Source of the DNA: Sphagnum compactum
Lineage: Eukaryota
Assembly: GCA_965153455.1 (NCBI GenBank)
Contig: OZ234494.1
Span: 9,424,001-9,488,000 of the forward strand
Direction of reading: 5' to 3'
Length of the DNA: 64,000 nucleotides
The translations under genes were made by a program, and so were the position numbers. Positions 40,471 to 52,990 of this stretch are shown here, in pieces. Position 1 is the stretch's first letter, and every line of letters begins with the position of its first letter. Below the pieces are notes generated by a model. That model had not been told where the DNA came from. It made no database searches and worked only from the letters and a program-made list of their open reading frames with translations.

Positions 40471-43400
40471 CATTTATGGTTAGAGGATTAAGTCTGTTCC
40501 ATCATTTTTTGCTTCTAACTCATTGTGGAGGAGGTCTTCTGTTCTCTGACAGAGGGCACACACCTGCTCTATTTGTACCAGCTTGTGTTCAAGCAGGTTG
40601 TTGTCTGTGGTTCCAGGACACTAGTTGGATGTCCTCTGTTCAGCTTTGCATCCTCCTTGTAGTTCCCAGTTCAATAGTTCTTGTGAGTATTGTGCCTCCG
40701 TCAGGCAAATTCAGAGATATTGATGTATTGATTGAACTGTAGGGCGCCGAGCGATTGGAATGTGGTTTCTGTGTCTTTGTCATCCAAAAAAATGACTGGC
40801 AAGGAAAATAGTTTGTCTTGAATAGCTGCCTTGGTAGGAAGAAGAAAAGACAAGTGTTTTGTTGAGGGAGTCCTTTGCTACTCTGGGCTGCATGTGTCAC
40901 CATCATATGACTAATGTGGATGAAGCACATAGTTAGACATGTGTGTCCATATCTTTGCATGTGGGTGTGATGTCAGGGTTTTTCTCAGTTCTGGTAAGTT
41001 TCCATGTTGCACTGTTCATTTGTGTTCAATTTGACAGCAAATTCCTCACCATTAATTTCTAGGGTCTCGGTTGTAGATAGGCCCAAATACCTTTACTAGT
41101 CATTCCCAAACTCTCCATCAAGTGACCAGGTTAGGAAACCAGAGCAATGCTCATCCAAGTCTTTGCTTTGGCTGAATGTCCAATTGTGACAAATTGGAAA
41201 TTCTAACAGGACTTCTCCACTGAATATGGTGGGATCAATGTTTTGTGTGCCCTCGGGTGCTGTGTCAATAACAAATGTAGGATTGCCATGAAAGAAGTTT
41301 AAAGTCCATTAAAGAACTTTGTTTTTCAAAGTTTTCTTTAATGGAAAGTTTCCATCATGTGTTTTTTGTTTCATTATGGTTCACTACAGCAGAGAAAGCT
41401 TAATTTCTGCAAGAGGATGGTTCATAGGTCAGTAATGAGCTTCTTGTAGTAAACAAAAACTGTGTTCTTTCTCAATGAGTTTGTGAGGAATAGTTTCATT
41501 GAGAGTGCGAGGCAAACCTTTTTAGGTGGTGTGTTATGTCAGGATATATGAAGGCCAAGAGAGTGCAGACAAATTTGTGGGAGAAATTGTGTCGTTTTCT
41601 GGAATCAGAAAGAAACATACATGTTTTGTGTACACAATGTTCACATTCATATGATCTAACCATATGTGTTTAGGATCTATTGTTTGTGTTTTTACAGTGT
41701 TCAAGAACTTGAACATTGTATATATGCAATAAAATTTCGCACTTCAATGAAATGAAATGATCAAACTTCGTGAACTAAAAATGATATGGAATTAGGTGCA
41801 TTCTTTCTTTGATACTCTCCTTCAGAGTAATAATTAACTTCTTCAGAGAAATGAGAATTTTCATGGCAAAGGAGCTTTGCATATCTACAATTAGCTATAG
41901 CTCTCTTCCTCGAATGCTTTCCATGCATTGCAAGTGTGTCAAAACTCTAAATAGTGGAAGAGACTTAATTGTAGTGTCAAAATTTTAATGTATAGGGGAA
42001 GGAGCTCCTGTTAGGACATTATGCACTCACAGCATTATGCTCCTGTCAGGGCACTACGCCCTTAGAACTTGATTGGAACTCAATTGGAATCATTCGGAAT
42101 AGCCTCTTCCAAACCCAGATGAAAAATATTGGGCTCTTCTGAGAGCATGTCGGTCGTTTGCATTGACCACATGAAAATTATGGCTGTCGCCATTTTCAAT
42201 CTGGGCTAGTAGACTTGCCTAATAGCATGGGTATGTATTTCAACAGATGTTCCTATTAATGTGAACCTTCCAAACTTTGTTCCGAAACAAAGAGACTATT
42301 TACCGAAAACAAGCAACTCATCGAGTAATGAGTTTGCTCTTTATGGCAGGTAAAACTTCAAACTTCTCTCCTGGATGCAAGCACTTCTATGGGAGTTCCT
42401 TGGGACATCTATGCCCATCGTGCAAGCCAAATTTGTGCCCAAATCCTACTCCTACTAGAGTTATCCATAAAGTAACCCTGTCTTCACCTTATTTGTGGGC
42501 CTACTTTCACCCCCTATCCGCTATTTCAGCAAAGTAAGGACATTTTATTAAATCTCAGTATGAAATGTTGCAACTCGGGACGAAGTGCTGAAATATCAGC
42601 ATTTAATGCACAAGGTTTGAGATTAATTATAGTAGGTGTAAAGGTAAGAGTAGTGAAATTATATGTAGCAGCAGTGGAATCAGGAAAAAGAGAAGACATC
42701 AGGAAAAAGAGAAGACAGGATAAAACTCAGTTTACCAGCAAGATTGATGGTTTTCTGAGTTTCACCCCCTTTTAAATGCTAATGTAGTTTTTTGCAGGTT
42801 TTTTTATAATCTCACCCTGTGTATGACCAAACTCAGGGTTCTGGTGCTGTGTTTGTCTTACTTTACGAATAACTCTAATGTGTTCCCTATGAAGGAAAGG
42901 ACTTGAATCTAATTGCCAAATGTGAATAATATAGGGCCAAGCTAGAAGTCAGCCTCCAATTCTGACACAATTTTGTATAGTGTAACTTACAAGGACAGGA
43001 ACCATCTATCAAAAGTACAAGGCAAATGAGAGCACGAGTAAACACAACTCCAAAATGAAACAAAAGCAAACAATCAACGAAAAATAAAGAAAAAATTTAT
43101 GCAAATAAAATTCATGGTTATGAAATGACAATCAATATAACAAAGAAGACTTAAGACAAGAAAATTGTCATTTGTCACAAATCGACTAATAATGAAGGTG
43201 CACTAGCTATAATGTGTGGAAGAAATGAGGAACCCTTGTGACAAAAAACTTGGGCACGCAATAATCAAAACAAGGAACACATATATTAAATAGTAAAGCC
43301 ATTCTCAGAATTACCCATTGGCTTTGAGTTGATGGTCACCTAAATTCTTGTTATTACCAACAATGAAAGGCTTGAGGTCTCTAAGGGGTCAGATCTCTAC

Positions 43401-43925
43401 GATCTCTCTTTCTTGATCTCACTAGCCTTCCTTCTCTTCTCAATTACTTTAAACCACATAAACCCAAAACAACATTAAACTTCCAGAAGTACCCGTGTGC
43501 CAAATTACACTTTGTAACATAGGCCCTTGAGTCCAAATAAATTGCGTAAACTAGTACTCACGATACCACCCCTCAAATTGACAACACATAACAAAACAAA
43601 AATAACACATTTCAACTCCCAATTGACTGCTTCACAAGTTTTACAAAGAACCACAGCCCGCTTGCATGATTCATCTTGTAAACTTTGATGGAATATGACT
43701 GTTCTTCGGAGATCCCAAAAATTGAAGTTCTCTCTCATGATATGCAGATCAATAACATTCACACACAAATCAACCCAACTGAAAACAGAAAAAAAACGTT
43801 CTTCCTTAAACCCTAAGACTTCTTCTTGTTCATCCCGACCAAGTGCAGCAGCCCGCTAACAATTGATATGGACTCACAAATGCGTCATCATCATCCTCTT
43901 GATCAGGTAGAGCTTGATCAAAATC

Positions 43926-46157
43926 TCACTCCAATTTCTGCCCCAAGTCTGCAATATAAATGACTGGCATTAAATCAGGTATATGGAGCAAGGTGCCCAC
44001 AATTCCAAAATTGGTAAATGAATCCACATCAGGCTCAAAATACAGAGTGAGAGAATACATAATTTTATGCAAGTATTAGAAGACATCGAGTGAAAAGATC
44101 TTAACTGTTCCCGGTTGGAGCAATATCAACTTGGACTTCTGCTAGGGCATGAGACTTCTCAAAGTGCAGGTTCGCATCCCTACATTTGCAAAAAAATCGT
44201 GGTTCTGTGAGTCAGAAAGAGCTAGCATTTTACAACAATAACTCTTGCACAAAATGGAGAAAAAGAAGAAAGGAAAGATGTCACCAAATTATACTTTCTC
44301 CTTTGCAATGATCCACAAAATCATGGATGCAATCATAATAAGAGCAATAAGCAAACATGTCAAATTATGTCTCAAAGGTTGACAGGTGATGCTCAAATTG
44401 ACTGAGAATGTACCCAACAAGCTCCCTCGCAAGATACAGGAAAGGCTTCTCAAAGTTGTAGTTGCTCTCAGCCGAAATCTCGTAGTACTGCGCCTTTCTC
44501 TTTGTCTGCAATGCGATTTGTTTGACCTTCATTCCAATTTTAACAGATACAGTGACCTGTTTGGACTTGACCTCCCTGTTCTTCATATCCATGTTGTTGA
44601 TTCCACACACTACTACTGGGATGTCCCCACATACCCTACACATGTAAGCACAAGGACATGGCCAAAAAAAGGGTGCTTAGATCACCATACCCAAGAGGAG
44701 GAGGAGGAGGAGGAGGAGGAGGAGGAGGAGGAGGAGGAAGAGGAGGATTTTAATCAACAATTTTGTACATACTTACAACAAGAGTTTTGGAGCGAGAACT
44801 ACTAACTTGAGGAGGTCACGATAACATCTGGAAAAATACTTGAAGGCCGATTTTACAGTCAGATCAAGCATGATGATGGCACAATGTGCACCAATTCTGG
44901 ATCAAGAATAAACCAATGAAAAAGAGTTAGGAAGCAAGTTGGATCCAGATCATGAATCCAGCAAGCATCAGCATTACATAAGCATGGAAATGAGGAGAAA
45001 CCGATCAGCAAAGAAAAGAGAAGATCATAGCACAAGAGAGAATTATGGAAGTGGTTTGAATGACAGCTAATGATTATATGCACATGTGCAGGGACTGTCA
45101 AACAGCATTCAAAACATGCATTCACATTGAGTACCTATATAAATCTGTTGGGAGGAAAAAAAACAAAACTTACAAGTATCCATCCCGAAGACCTCCAGGA
45201 TTCTCTTGGTCTGGGTTTGTGTCCCAGCAGTCAAACTGGATGTGGCCTGAGTTGTTAAAGAAGTGAAGAGTATGAACTTCCACACCAGGAGTGCCTGCAA
45301 TGTAACAATGTGAAAAACAATATATGAGAAACCTCTGCAACAAAACCAATTGCTCCTAATTATCATCCACCTACAAGATGTTGTTCTTACCCTCCAAAAC
45401 ATTGGAGGGATGGTAATGGAGCAATGCTTCAACACAAACCATGCAAATCCACATTTTTTTGAAGCAAAAAAGGTACTATTCAGCAAAGCCAAAGGTACTA
45501 GATTGTTTTGGCAATATACAAAGGTGAGCTCATGGATTGCCCATAGATATTTCTCTACAAATAGAAATGAAACATAAATTGGGTTTTTGATACTTACCAT
45601 GACATAAATTCTTATTGAATTCAGCACTCGAACAGGCACTCAAATGACTTTTCAGAAACCCACCTGCAACAAGATCAAGAGAAACATCCATTCTTAAAAC
45701 TATATCCAATACCTCCAGGGAGCCTTGAAGGTTTGCAAACATCCGATATATCACATTTTTATTGAAGGTGCATATACACGAACAGCTTCGAAGACAGAAT
45801 TTATGAAAATATTCACGAAGCTTCAAAGACAGAAATTATGTAACCTGAGACGATCTTAGTGGCCCAACAAACTGAAGCCACATGTACCTGTTGTGCCTGG
45901 ATCACCGACGATGATGAGCTTGAAGAGTGGAGAGCAAAGATATTCAGTTGTGAAAGCCTTCAAACAAACAAAACCAACACGATCATGCAGCATCGCAGGA
46001 GTTAGACGAAAGATCAGTGTCAAAATGTGTATTCCAGCCAAATCCAAACATTTGTATTCTTCTGATGGAAAATGGGAAGAGACTACTTTCACAGCCCCCG
46101 CAATTTCAAGAAAGAAGAAGTAAGTAGAAGCATGAAACATCGGATCATTACCATCAT
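43926..46157 (-). CDS. RAN: Divergent Ran-like GTPase, copy 1 (pseudo-GTPase or young pseudogene)
   Basis: Exons (-): 46157-46152 (ATGATG|GT), 45957-45888, 45663-45598, 45294-45174, 44896-44807, 44635-44414, 44179-44106, 43948-43926, all joining in frame. Ran hallmarks: [17 protein letters not shown]...[49 protein letters not shown] at 43928-43926 precedes the acidic tail LPDQEDDDDAF. Confidence 0.85.
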
Positions 46158-46228
46158 AGTATACGACGTTTCTGAGCGCCGGCGCTGTGGAGGCCTCCAC
46201 AAGATTCTCCTGCCTGCAATAAGAAGAA

Positions 46229-47422
46229 GAACAACAATAAGATCAAAAACAACAAGGTTTCGAATTCTCGGTTTCTGATCTGTTCAGGATTTGAGTGCGA
46301 GCTTGGAATCATGAAAACAAAATATAAGAATACTCACCACCACCACCAAAAACTACACTCGTAAGAATAACTACAAGAGTGTGAACAAAAGCTTACATCG
46401 ACAACAGTGAGTATTCTTAAGATAATAAGTGAGAACAACAATAAGATCAAAAACAACAAGGTTTCGAATTCTCGGTTTCTGATCTGTTCAGGATTTGAGT
46501 GCGAGCTTGGAATCATGAAAACAAAATATAAGAATACTCACCACCACCACCAAAAACTACACTCGTAAGAATAACTACAAGAGTGTGAACAAAAGCTTAC
46601 ATCGATAACAGTGTATTCTTAAGATAATAAGTGAGAACAACAATAAGATCAAAAACAACAAGGTTTCGAATTCTCGGTTTCTGATCTGTTCAGGATTTGA
46701 GTGCGAGCTTGGAATCATGAAAACAAAATATAAGAATACTCACCACCACCACCAAAAACTACACTCGTAAGAATAACTACAAGAGTGTGAACAAAAGCTT
46801 ACATCGACATCAGTGAGTATTCTTAAGATAATAAGTGAGAACAACAATAAGATCAAAAACAACAAGGTTTCGAATTCTCGGTTTCTGATCTGTTCAGGAT
46901 TTGAGTGCGAGCTTGGAATCATGAAAACAAAATATAAGAATACTCACCACCACCACCAAAAACTACACTCGTAAGAATAACTACAAGAGTGTGAACAAAA
47001 GCTTACATCGACATCAGTGAGTATTCTTAAGATAATAAGTGAGAACAACAATAAGATCAAAAACAACAAGGTTTCGAATTCTCGGTTTCTGATCTGTTCA
47101 GGATTTGAGTGCGAGCTTGGAATCATGAAAACAAAATATAAGAATACTCACCACCACCACCAAAAACTACACTCGTAAGAATAACTACAAGAGTGTGAAC
47201 AAAAGCTTACATCGACAACAGTGAGTATTCTTAAGATAATAAGTGAGAACAACAATAAGATCAAAAACAACAAGGTTTCGAATTCTCGGTTTCTGATCTG
47301 TTCAGGATTTGAGTGCGAGCTTGGAATCATGAAAACAAAATATAAGTTTCACTCACCACCACCACCAAAAACTACACTCGTAAGAATAACTACAAGAGTG
47401 TGAACAAAAGCTTACTTCGACA
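46229..47422. repeat. 204-bp tandem array, ~5.9 near-identical copies
   Basis: Units start at 46229, 46433, 46635, 46839, 47043 and 47247 (one unit is 202 bp); part of the unit is single-copy upstream of Ran-like copy 2 (about 54985-55105). Confidence 0.97.
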
Positions 47423-47785
47423 CTCCTTACAAGAGTGTGATGAAGCTAAATTGTGTTTGAGACCCCATTTAGGGGTGTTCCAAGGATCATTTCAGGTCCC
47501 ATTTTTTTGTTTCAGGTCCCCTTTCCGAAACCAGTGGACGCATTAGTCCCTGTTCACTAAACTACTGTATTCACCATTTTTTCACTAACATCCCTGTTCA
47601 TTATAACCAATGAAATCACTCTACATACAGTGACACGTTTTGAAACAATGTCAGAATTTAATAATCTATTATATTTATTCTTATATCTTAAAATTTTCAA
47701 AATCAAAAATTCAATTGCCAAATCAAAAACTTAAAATTATACAAATTATTCAACACATTAGTGCCGAAGCTGCCCAAGTATTACA

Positions 47786-47967
47786 TTATTACAATTCGAG
47801 CGTGAACAAGAAAGAGAATAAATCTTTGGGTTCTTTGTTCTTTCCTCCTTTCCAAACAGGCTCTTTGGCATAACTATTATTACAATTCGAGCGTGAACAA
47901 GAAAGAGAATAAATCTTTGGGTTCTTTGTTCTTTCCTCCTTTCCAAACAGGCTCTTTGGCATAACTA
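47786..47967. repeat. 91-bp perfect tandem duplication
   Basis: ttattacaattcgagcgtgaacaag...ggcataacta at 47786 and 47877. Confidence 0.95.
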
Positions 47968-48007
47968 CGGCAGTCCTAATTAAGCAGAGCTGGTTCTTCT
48001 TCTCCGG

Positions 48008-48280
48008 CACAGTGAACCAACACCCACCAGCACTGGATGCCTGTTATTACTCAGTTGCTAATATTTGATTTGGCAACGAATTCTGTCAGAAATAGGTCTC
48101 ATTAATACGCAGATAGGTAAGAAAATAGGGAACTAATAAGGAAGTAGATAAGGGCTGTTTTTACTACCACCTGAGCTAATGACCATGGCTCAGCTATGGA
48201 ACTGGAACACAACAGAAAACTGTTTTTTGACCACTCACCATCCATCCAACTGGTAAGCTGGTGGGCGATAGTTCATTGTG
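48008..48280. mobile_element. MITE-like element with ~23-bp imperfect TIRs
   Basis: cacagtgaaccaacacccaccag / ctggtgggcgatagttcattgtg; paralogous copy at about 55595-55890. Confidence 0.6.
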
Positions 48281-50146
48281 GTCGCAAGCCCGAATTGCAT
48301 GTGAGGTTGAATTCCAGCAGGGCTACGACGCGTAAATTGCTTTTTGTGGGCCAAGATTAAAAAATAATAATTTTTTATTTGCTGAAATAATCCTCAAGAA
48401 GTGGGCGTAATAATCTCCAAGAAGTGGGCCTAATAATCCCCAAGAAGTGGGCCTTCAATGACTCTACGTACCGTTTTCTTTTTTTGTCCACCTGGTAAAC
48501 AGGAATGTTCGGTGATAAAGAATGCAAATGATGTGGCCCCTGTTTTAGGGTTAGGATTAGAAGTGTTGGGAGATGATGGGAGTGCAAGGGGGTCGAGCAC
48601 AGTCTTGCATTGCCGACTTTGTGACATGATAAAGTCAACACTATTACTAGCACTACTACTACTACTACTACTAGGTCATCATAAAGTGAATAACAAAATT
48701 TCTCTCTAGAAGAAGTAACCAAGAAGTGATTTGATCGGACATTGGCACTTGCTTTTGGTACCTGCCCTTATTAACATGCCACCCCAAACCTTTTTTTGGT
48801 AACTCCTTTTACAGTATTCTGAGGGTGTTTTCCTTAGGGTTAAACCCTAAACCTTCAGTCACTCTGGGTTATTCACCTTGGTTGCAGCCTCAGGTGGCTT
48901 CCCTCAAACTAATTCTTTTTCACAAGTCTATTTTATGAAGTTTTCAACTCTTTATAACATGTTGTTTTTCTCAAATGAAAATGTTTTCCAAAGGTCTTAA
49001 ATATCCATATATATATAACTCTTTTTTTCAAAAGCCTTACATTTTTTGAGTGAACCATGTGATTCAACATATACATGATTGAAAACATGATTAATTAATA
49101 ATAACTCCCCAAATCATTATTAAATTATAAAATCTCAACGCCTAATAAATTACCAATGTTAATCCCTAAATAATTACATAATTATCAAACTATTTACATC
49201 AAATTATAATCATATTAACTAATAACCCCTGAAAGCAAGCATCTCGAAGAGAGCGATGGGAGGTCTTGCTGTATCGGCCTACATCATTATTATGCTGGGT
49301 AATGCCATTGCCTTGCCAAAAGGTGTAGCACTCAACTTCACTCAATATGATTGTGGTGATTTGGATTTTCAAATGCTAATTGTGACACTCTCACTCACCC
49401 ACTATTTTCTGGCGGGTTTGGGGTAACCTGGTCTATCTTCCCCACTCACCCACCCACCAGATTTGAGTACCTAGTGTCCACTATTTGTTATTTTGATAAA
49501 TCATTCTGCTGCTAAACGACGTACCTATCATCCAACAGTTTCCAATATTTTTCTCATTCATTAATGAAATTGGGCAATTTTTTGTGTCATTAGACTTACA
49601 AACTAAAGAGCTACAAATGTTCTTTGAGAGTCAGAAGTACAGGAGCGAGGCAGAAAACACAGGAAATAAGATGAGTGATAGTTTTGTTCAATTTTTTTTT
49701 CAAAACCCTCTCTAGTTCTAGCCAATATCTTTCTCATTTTCGGTCTGTTTTGAGTGATTTAGGGTGGGGGGTGGCTGGCCGACAGCAGTTGATGTTGTTT
49801 TTTTCTTTCTTTCTTTCAGAGGTTTTGTAGGGTGGCACGGGACTGGAGCATAGTGTTGCAATGATATTGTTGTTTTTCTCTTGCTTTCTTTCCTTCAGGG
49901 GTTTTGTTGGGCAGCATGGGTGTGAGGTTACATTGTTCCATCAGATTTCTTTCTCTGTTTTTGAAATTTTTTAATCTTTTTGTGAACATCATAAAGGAAT
50001 AGGTCGGTTTGTTTCTTCAATAGAAGAAACTCTAGTTTGAAGAGGTCACTCACTAGATGCTCTCACAATCTAAATACCAGTTTGTTTCTACACAATTTTT
50101 GCACATGGCTTCATGCTACTGGTGATGGGTTTAGGTCTTGGGCTTG

Positions 50147-50252
50147 GGGTTTTCTCCTCTTAGCCCAATGGGCCCCAATCCTGGGTTTTCTCCTCTTAGC
50201 CCAATGGGCCCCATCCTGGGTTTTCTCCTCTTTGCCTAATGGGCACCATCCT
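50147..50252. repeat. ~36-bp tandem repeat, 3 copies
   Basis: gggttttctcctcttagcccaatgggcccc.atcct at 50147, 50183 and 50218. Confidence 0.85.
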
Positions 50253-52990
50253 AGCTGTTTGGATTCAAGTGTTACAGCTACTTTCTCGCTCTCCACTACA
50301 GCTTGGTCAATGCCATATCCGTTTGGACGAGAAGAATCTCACATGTAGCGTACCCTCTGAAGAAAATTGTGAAGTAGATCTGATAATTGTTTTTCCAAAT
50401 TCTGGTGATACAGAAACTGAGCTGCTGCCGTCCAATTCTATTTACAATAGGTGTTTTGCTGTTGATGGTTTTATTTTATTTTTAATTTATTTATTTATAG
50501 CCCCCAAATCTTTGTGTCCTTGTAAACAGGGAAGGAGAAAGGAAAGGATCCCCTCGGAACCCTAGATGTTTGTTAGTGTTATCCTTGGCAAGACAATGAT
50601 TTGTGGGCCGCGCGGCCTTCTTCTTCGTAGTCGTTTTCTTCTTCCGGGCACAACACACGGCGCACAGCTGCTGGTTTGCTTCTGACCACTCACCATCCAT
50701 CGTCCAAGGTCAGCTGTTGTTTTTCTCTTTCTTTCTTTCACCAAGAGTTTTGTGTGCGGCACGTAACGATGGGGGTGGGGCATAGTGTTGCAATGACGTC
50801 TTTGTAACATCATAAAGTCATAGTTTCTCTTCAGAAGAAGGAACCAAGGTATTTTTTTAGAACACTTACTAACCTACCCCCATGATCACTAACCTTTGTT
50901 CGCCCATTCACTATCCTTAATTAGATGCATGAAATTTTTTTCATCCAAAACTCGAATGAAATTCTTCAAATGGATGAACAAATAAAAAATAAAATAAAAA
51001 TGTTGGTAGGTTTAGATTGGTGCCGAACCTGTGCCTAGGTTTGAAAATTTGAAGAAAACTGAAAAATGAAAAAGGAAGTCCAAATTGGACCCACTCGAGC
51101 CTCCTTCAAGGCATGCGAGCTTGCCCTGATGCATGCAAGCCTCTGCTCGTGCTTGAACCTTGGAGGTTCAAAAAATAGCTCAAGCTCCCAACTATCGTGG
51201 TTGGAGTTCGATTCTTTCCACCACCACCCCTTCTATTTTATTTTTCTTCCTTCTCCTCCCTTGCCTCCTTCTCTTTTCCTTTTTCTTCTTCCTTTCCTCC
51301 TTTTTTTACTTCTCTTGTTCTACTGCAGTTGCAGTTCTTCGCCCAAAGTTGCTGAAAATGTGGCCAAGGAGGGGAACTCCCCACTTTCTGCATGGCGCAC
51401 AGACACCAACCAAAGGAGACCACGTGGGGGGTGGGGGGGGGGCGACAATTACGATCTGCCCCCTTAATGCTATTACGTTCTCCTTCAAACAAAAAGGAGC
51501 ACTTGCAAGGAGGTGAACCCTCCCCGCCTTCCTTCCAAATTTAGCCAATGAATAATCGAAATCTAGGAGCTTGGAGCACCCAACACTTTTTGGGTGGTAG
51601 TGGCGGCATTCCTCACTACCAGTGCTACCTATTCCTGTTGATGCCAAAGAAGAGAAAGGGAGAAAGAGAGAAAAGATAAAAAAATAAAAGCAAGAAAACA
51701 CAAAGGGGTCTTCTTGTGCCCAAACCAAAACCAAAGGTCCTCATCTTGTGTGTGTGTGTGTGTGTAACCTCCAAACTCCAAGGATTACGCCTTGTTTGAA
51801 TTCAATTCCCACAAGAGTTGTACATGAAAAAGAGGTACAAAAACATCAAAATTGTCAGGCAAATTTCTTTAATAGACCAAGATCCATGAACAAACGATAT
51901 TTACAACAAGAGCAAATTTTTTGCAAAATCAACTTGCAATATAAAAACCAAAACAAACGACACAACACTTGTTGTTAACCCAAACTCCGATGCATAATAC
52001 ACACACACACAAAACAAAAAAAACTCAATGTTAAACAACTCTAGCCTGGTTGTAGCACAAAAACAACTAGCTACACTTTTGGTGATTCAAAAAATTGACT
52101 CATTTGCAACAATGCAAAAATCCAAGCCCAAAACGTAAAAAAATCAAAACACTTGCATAACAAAGAAAATTACAAAACAAAAACTATGTTTTGAAATTTC
52201 AAATCACCAAAAGTGATTTGAGGTCACACAAAATGAGATTATATCCCATGACAAATATCCCAAACCTTGTTCACATATGAATTAGTTCAAAATTAATTAA
52301 TTAACTTAACTAACCCAATTTATCTTTAATTAACTAGGACCTAACTAATCAACTAAACTAACACACATGACAATAGCCTAATAGTGTAATAAATAATGAC
52401 CATGCAAAATTGCTTAATAAAAAATAGGATTCAAAATGAAAGATTTGAAGGTCGATAGCCCATAATATATTGCTGTCAAAAAGGCTATTTGTCCATCTAT
52501 TTGTTGTTAGTACTTGTCCAATGTTTTGTTTTTTAATCTTTTGTCCATTGCCCACATGAGAAATCTGAACCATTTTATAAATAAATAAGTAAATAATAAT
52601 AATAATAATAATATTAATATTGTTATTTTAAACCTTTTTTTTTCATTGTCACCATAGCCATCTTTGTCTTTCATTTACCAGGTGACTCCTCTTTAATTAC
52701 CATGATTTGACCTTGATTTTAATGTTTTGAAATTGAAGTTCTAACCAATTATTAATGAAATGGTTCTAGTACATATAATTAGATCTAGACTCTTTCAATC
52801 ATCAATTAGCCACAAGCCTTAGGCTTCAAGGTTTAAGATATATTCAAAGTGCTGCCACAAGTGCAACAATAATACAATCCATCCATTGGGTATCTGAAAT
52901 TTATTAAAGAAAACCCTTCCATAGACATGACCCACTCATTATTTTGACCTCATTTATTGTGATCAAATAATGAGAAAATGTTTCCATGTC

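Noticed and set aside
44386-44805. 139-aa plus-strand ORF with poly-Glu
   Set aside because: Antisense to Ran-like exon 6 plus an intronic (GAG)n microsatellite.
46229-47422. Array with internal palindromes as a CRISPR array, or as four small 60-aa genes
   Set aside because: Units are near-identical along their whole length with no unique spacers and no cas genes; the context is eukaryotic; the ORFs are by-products of the repeat.
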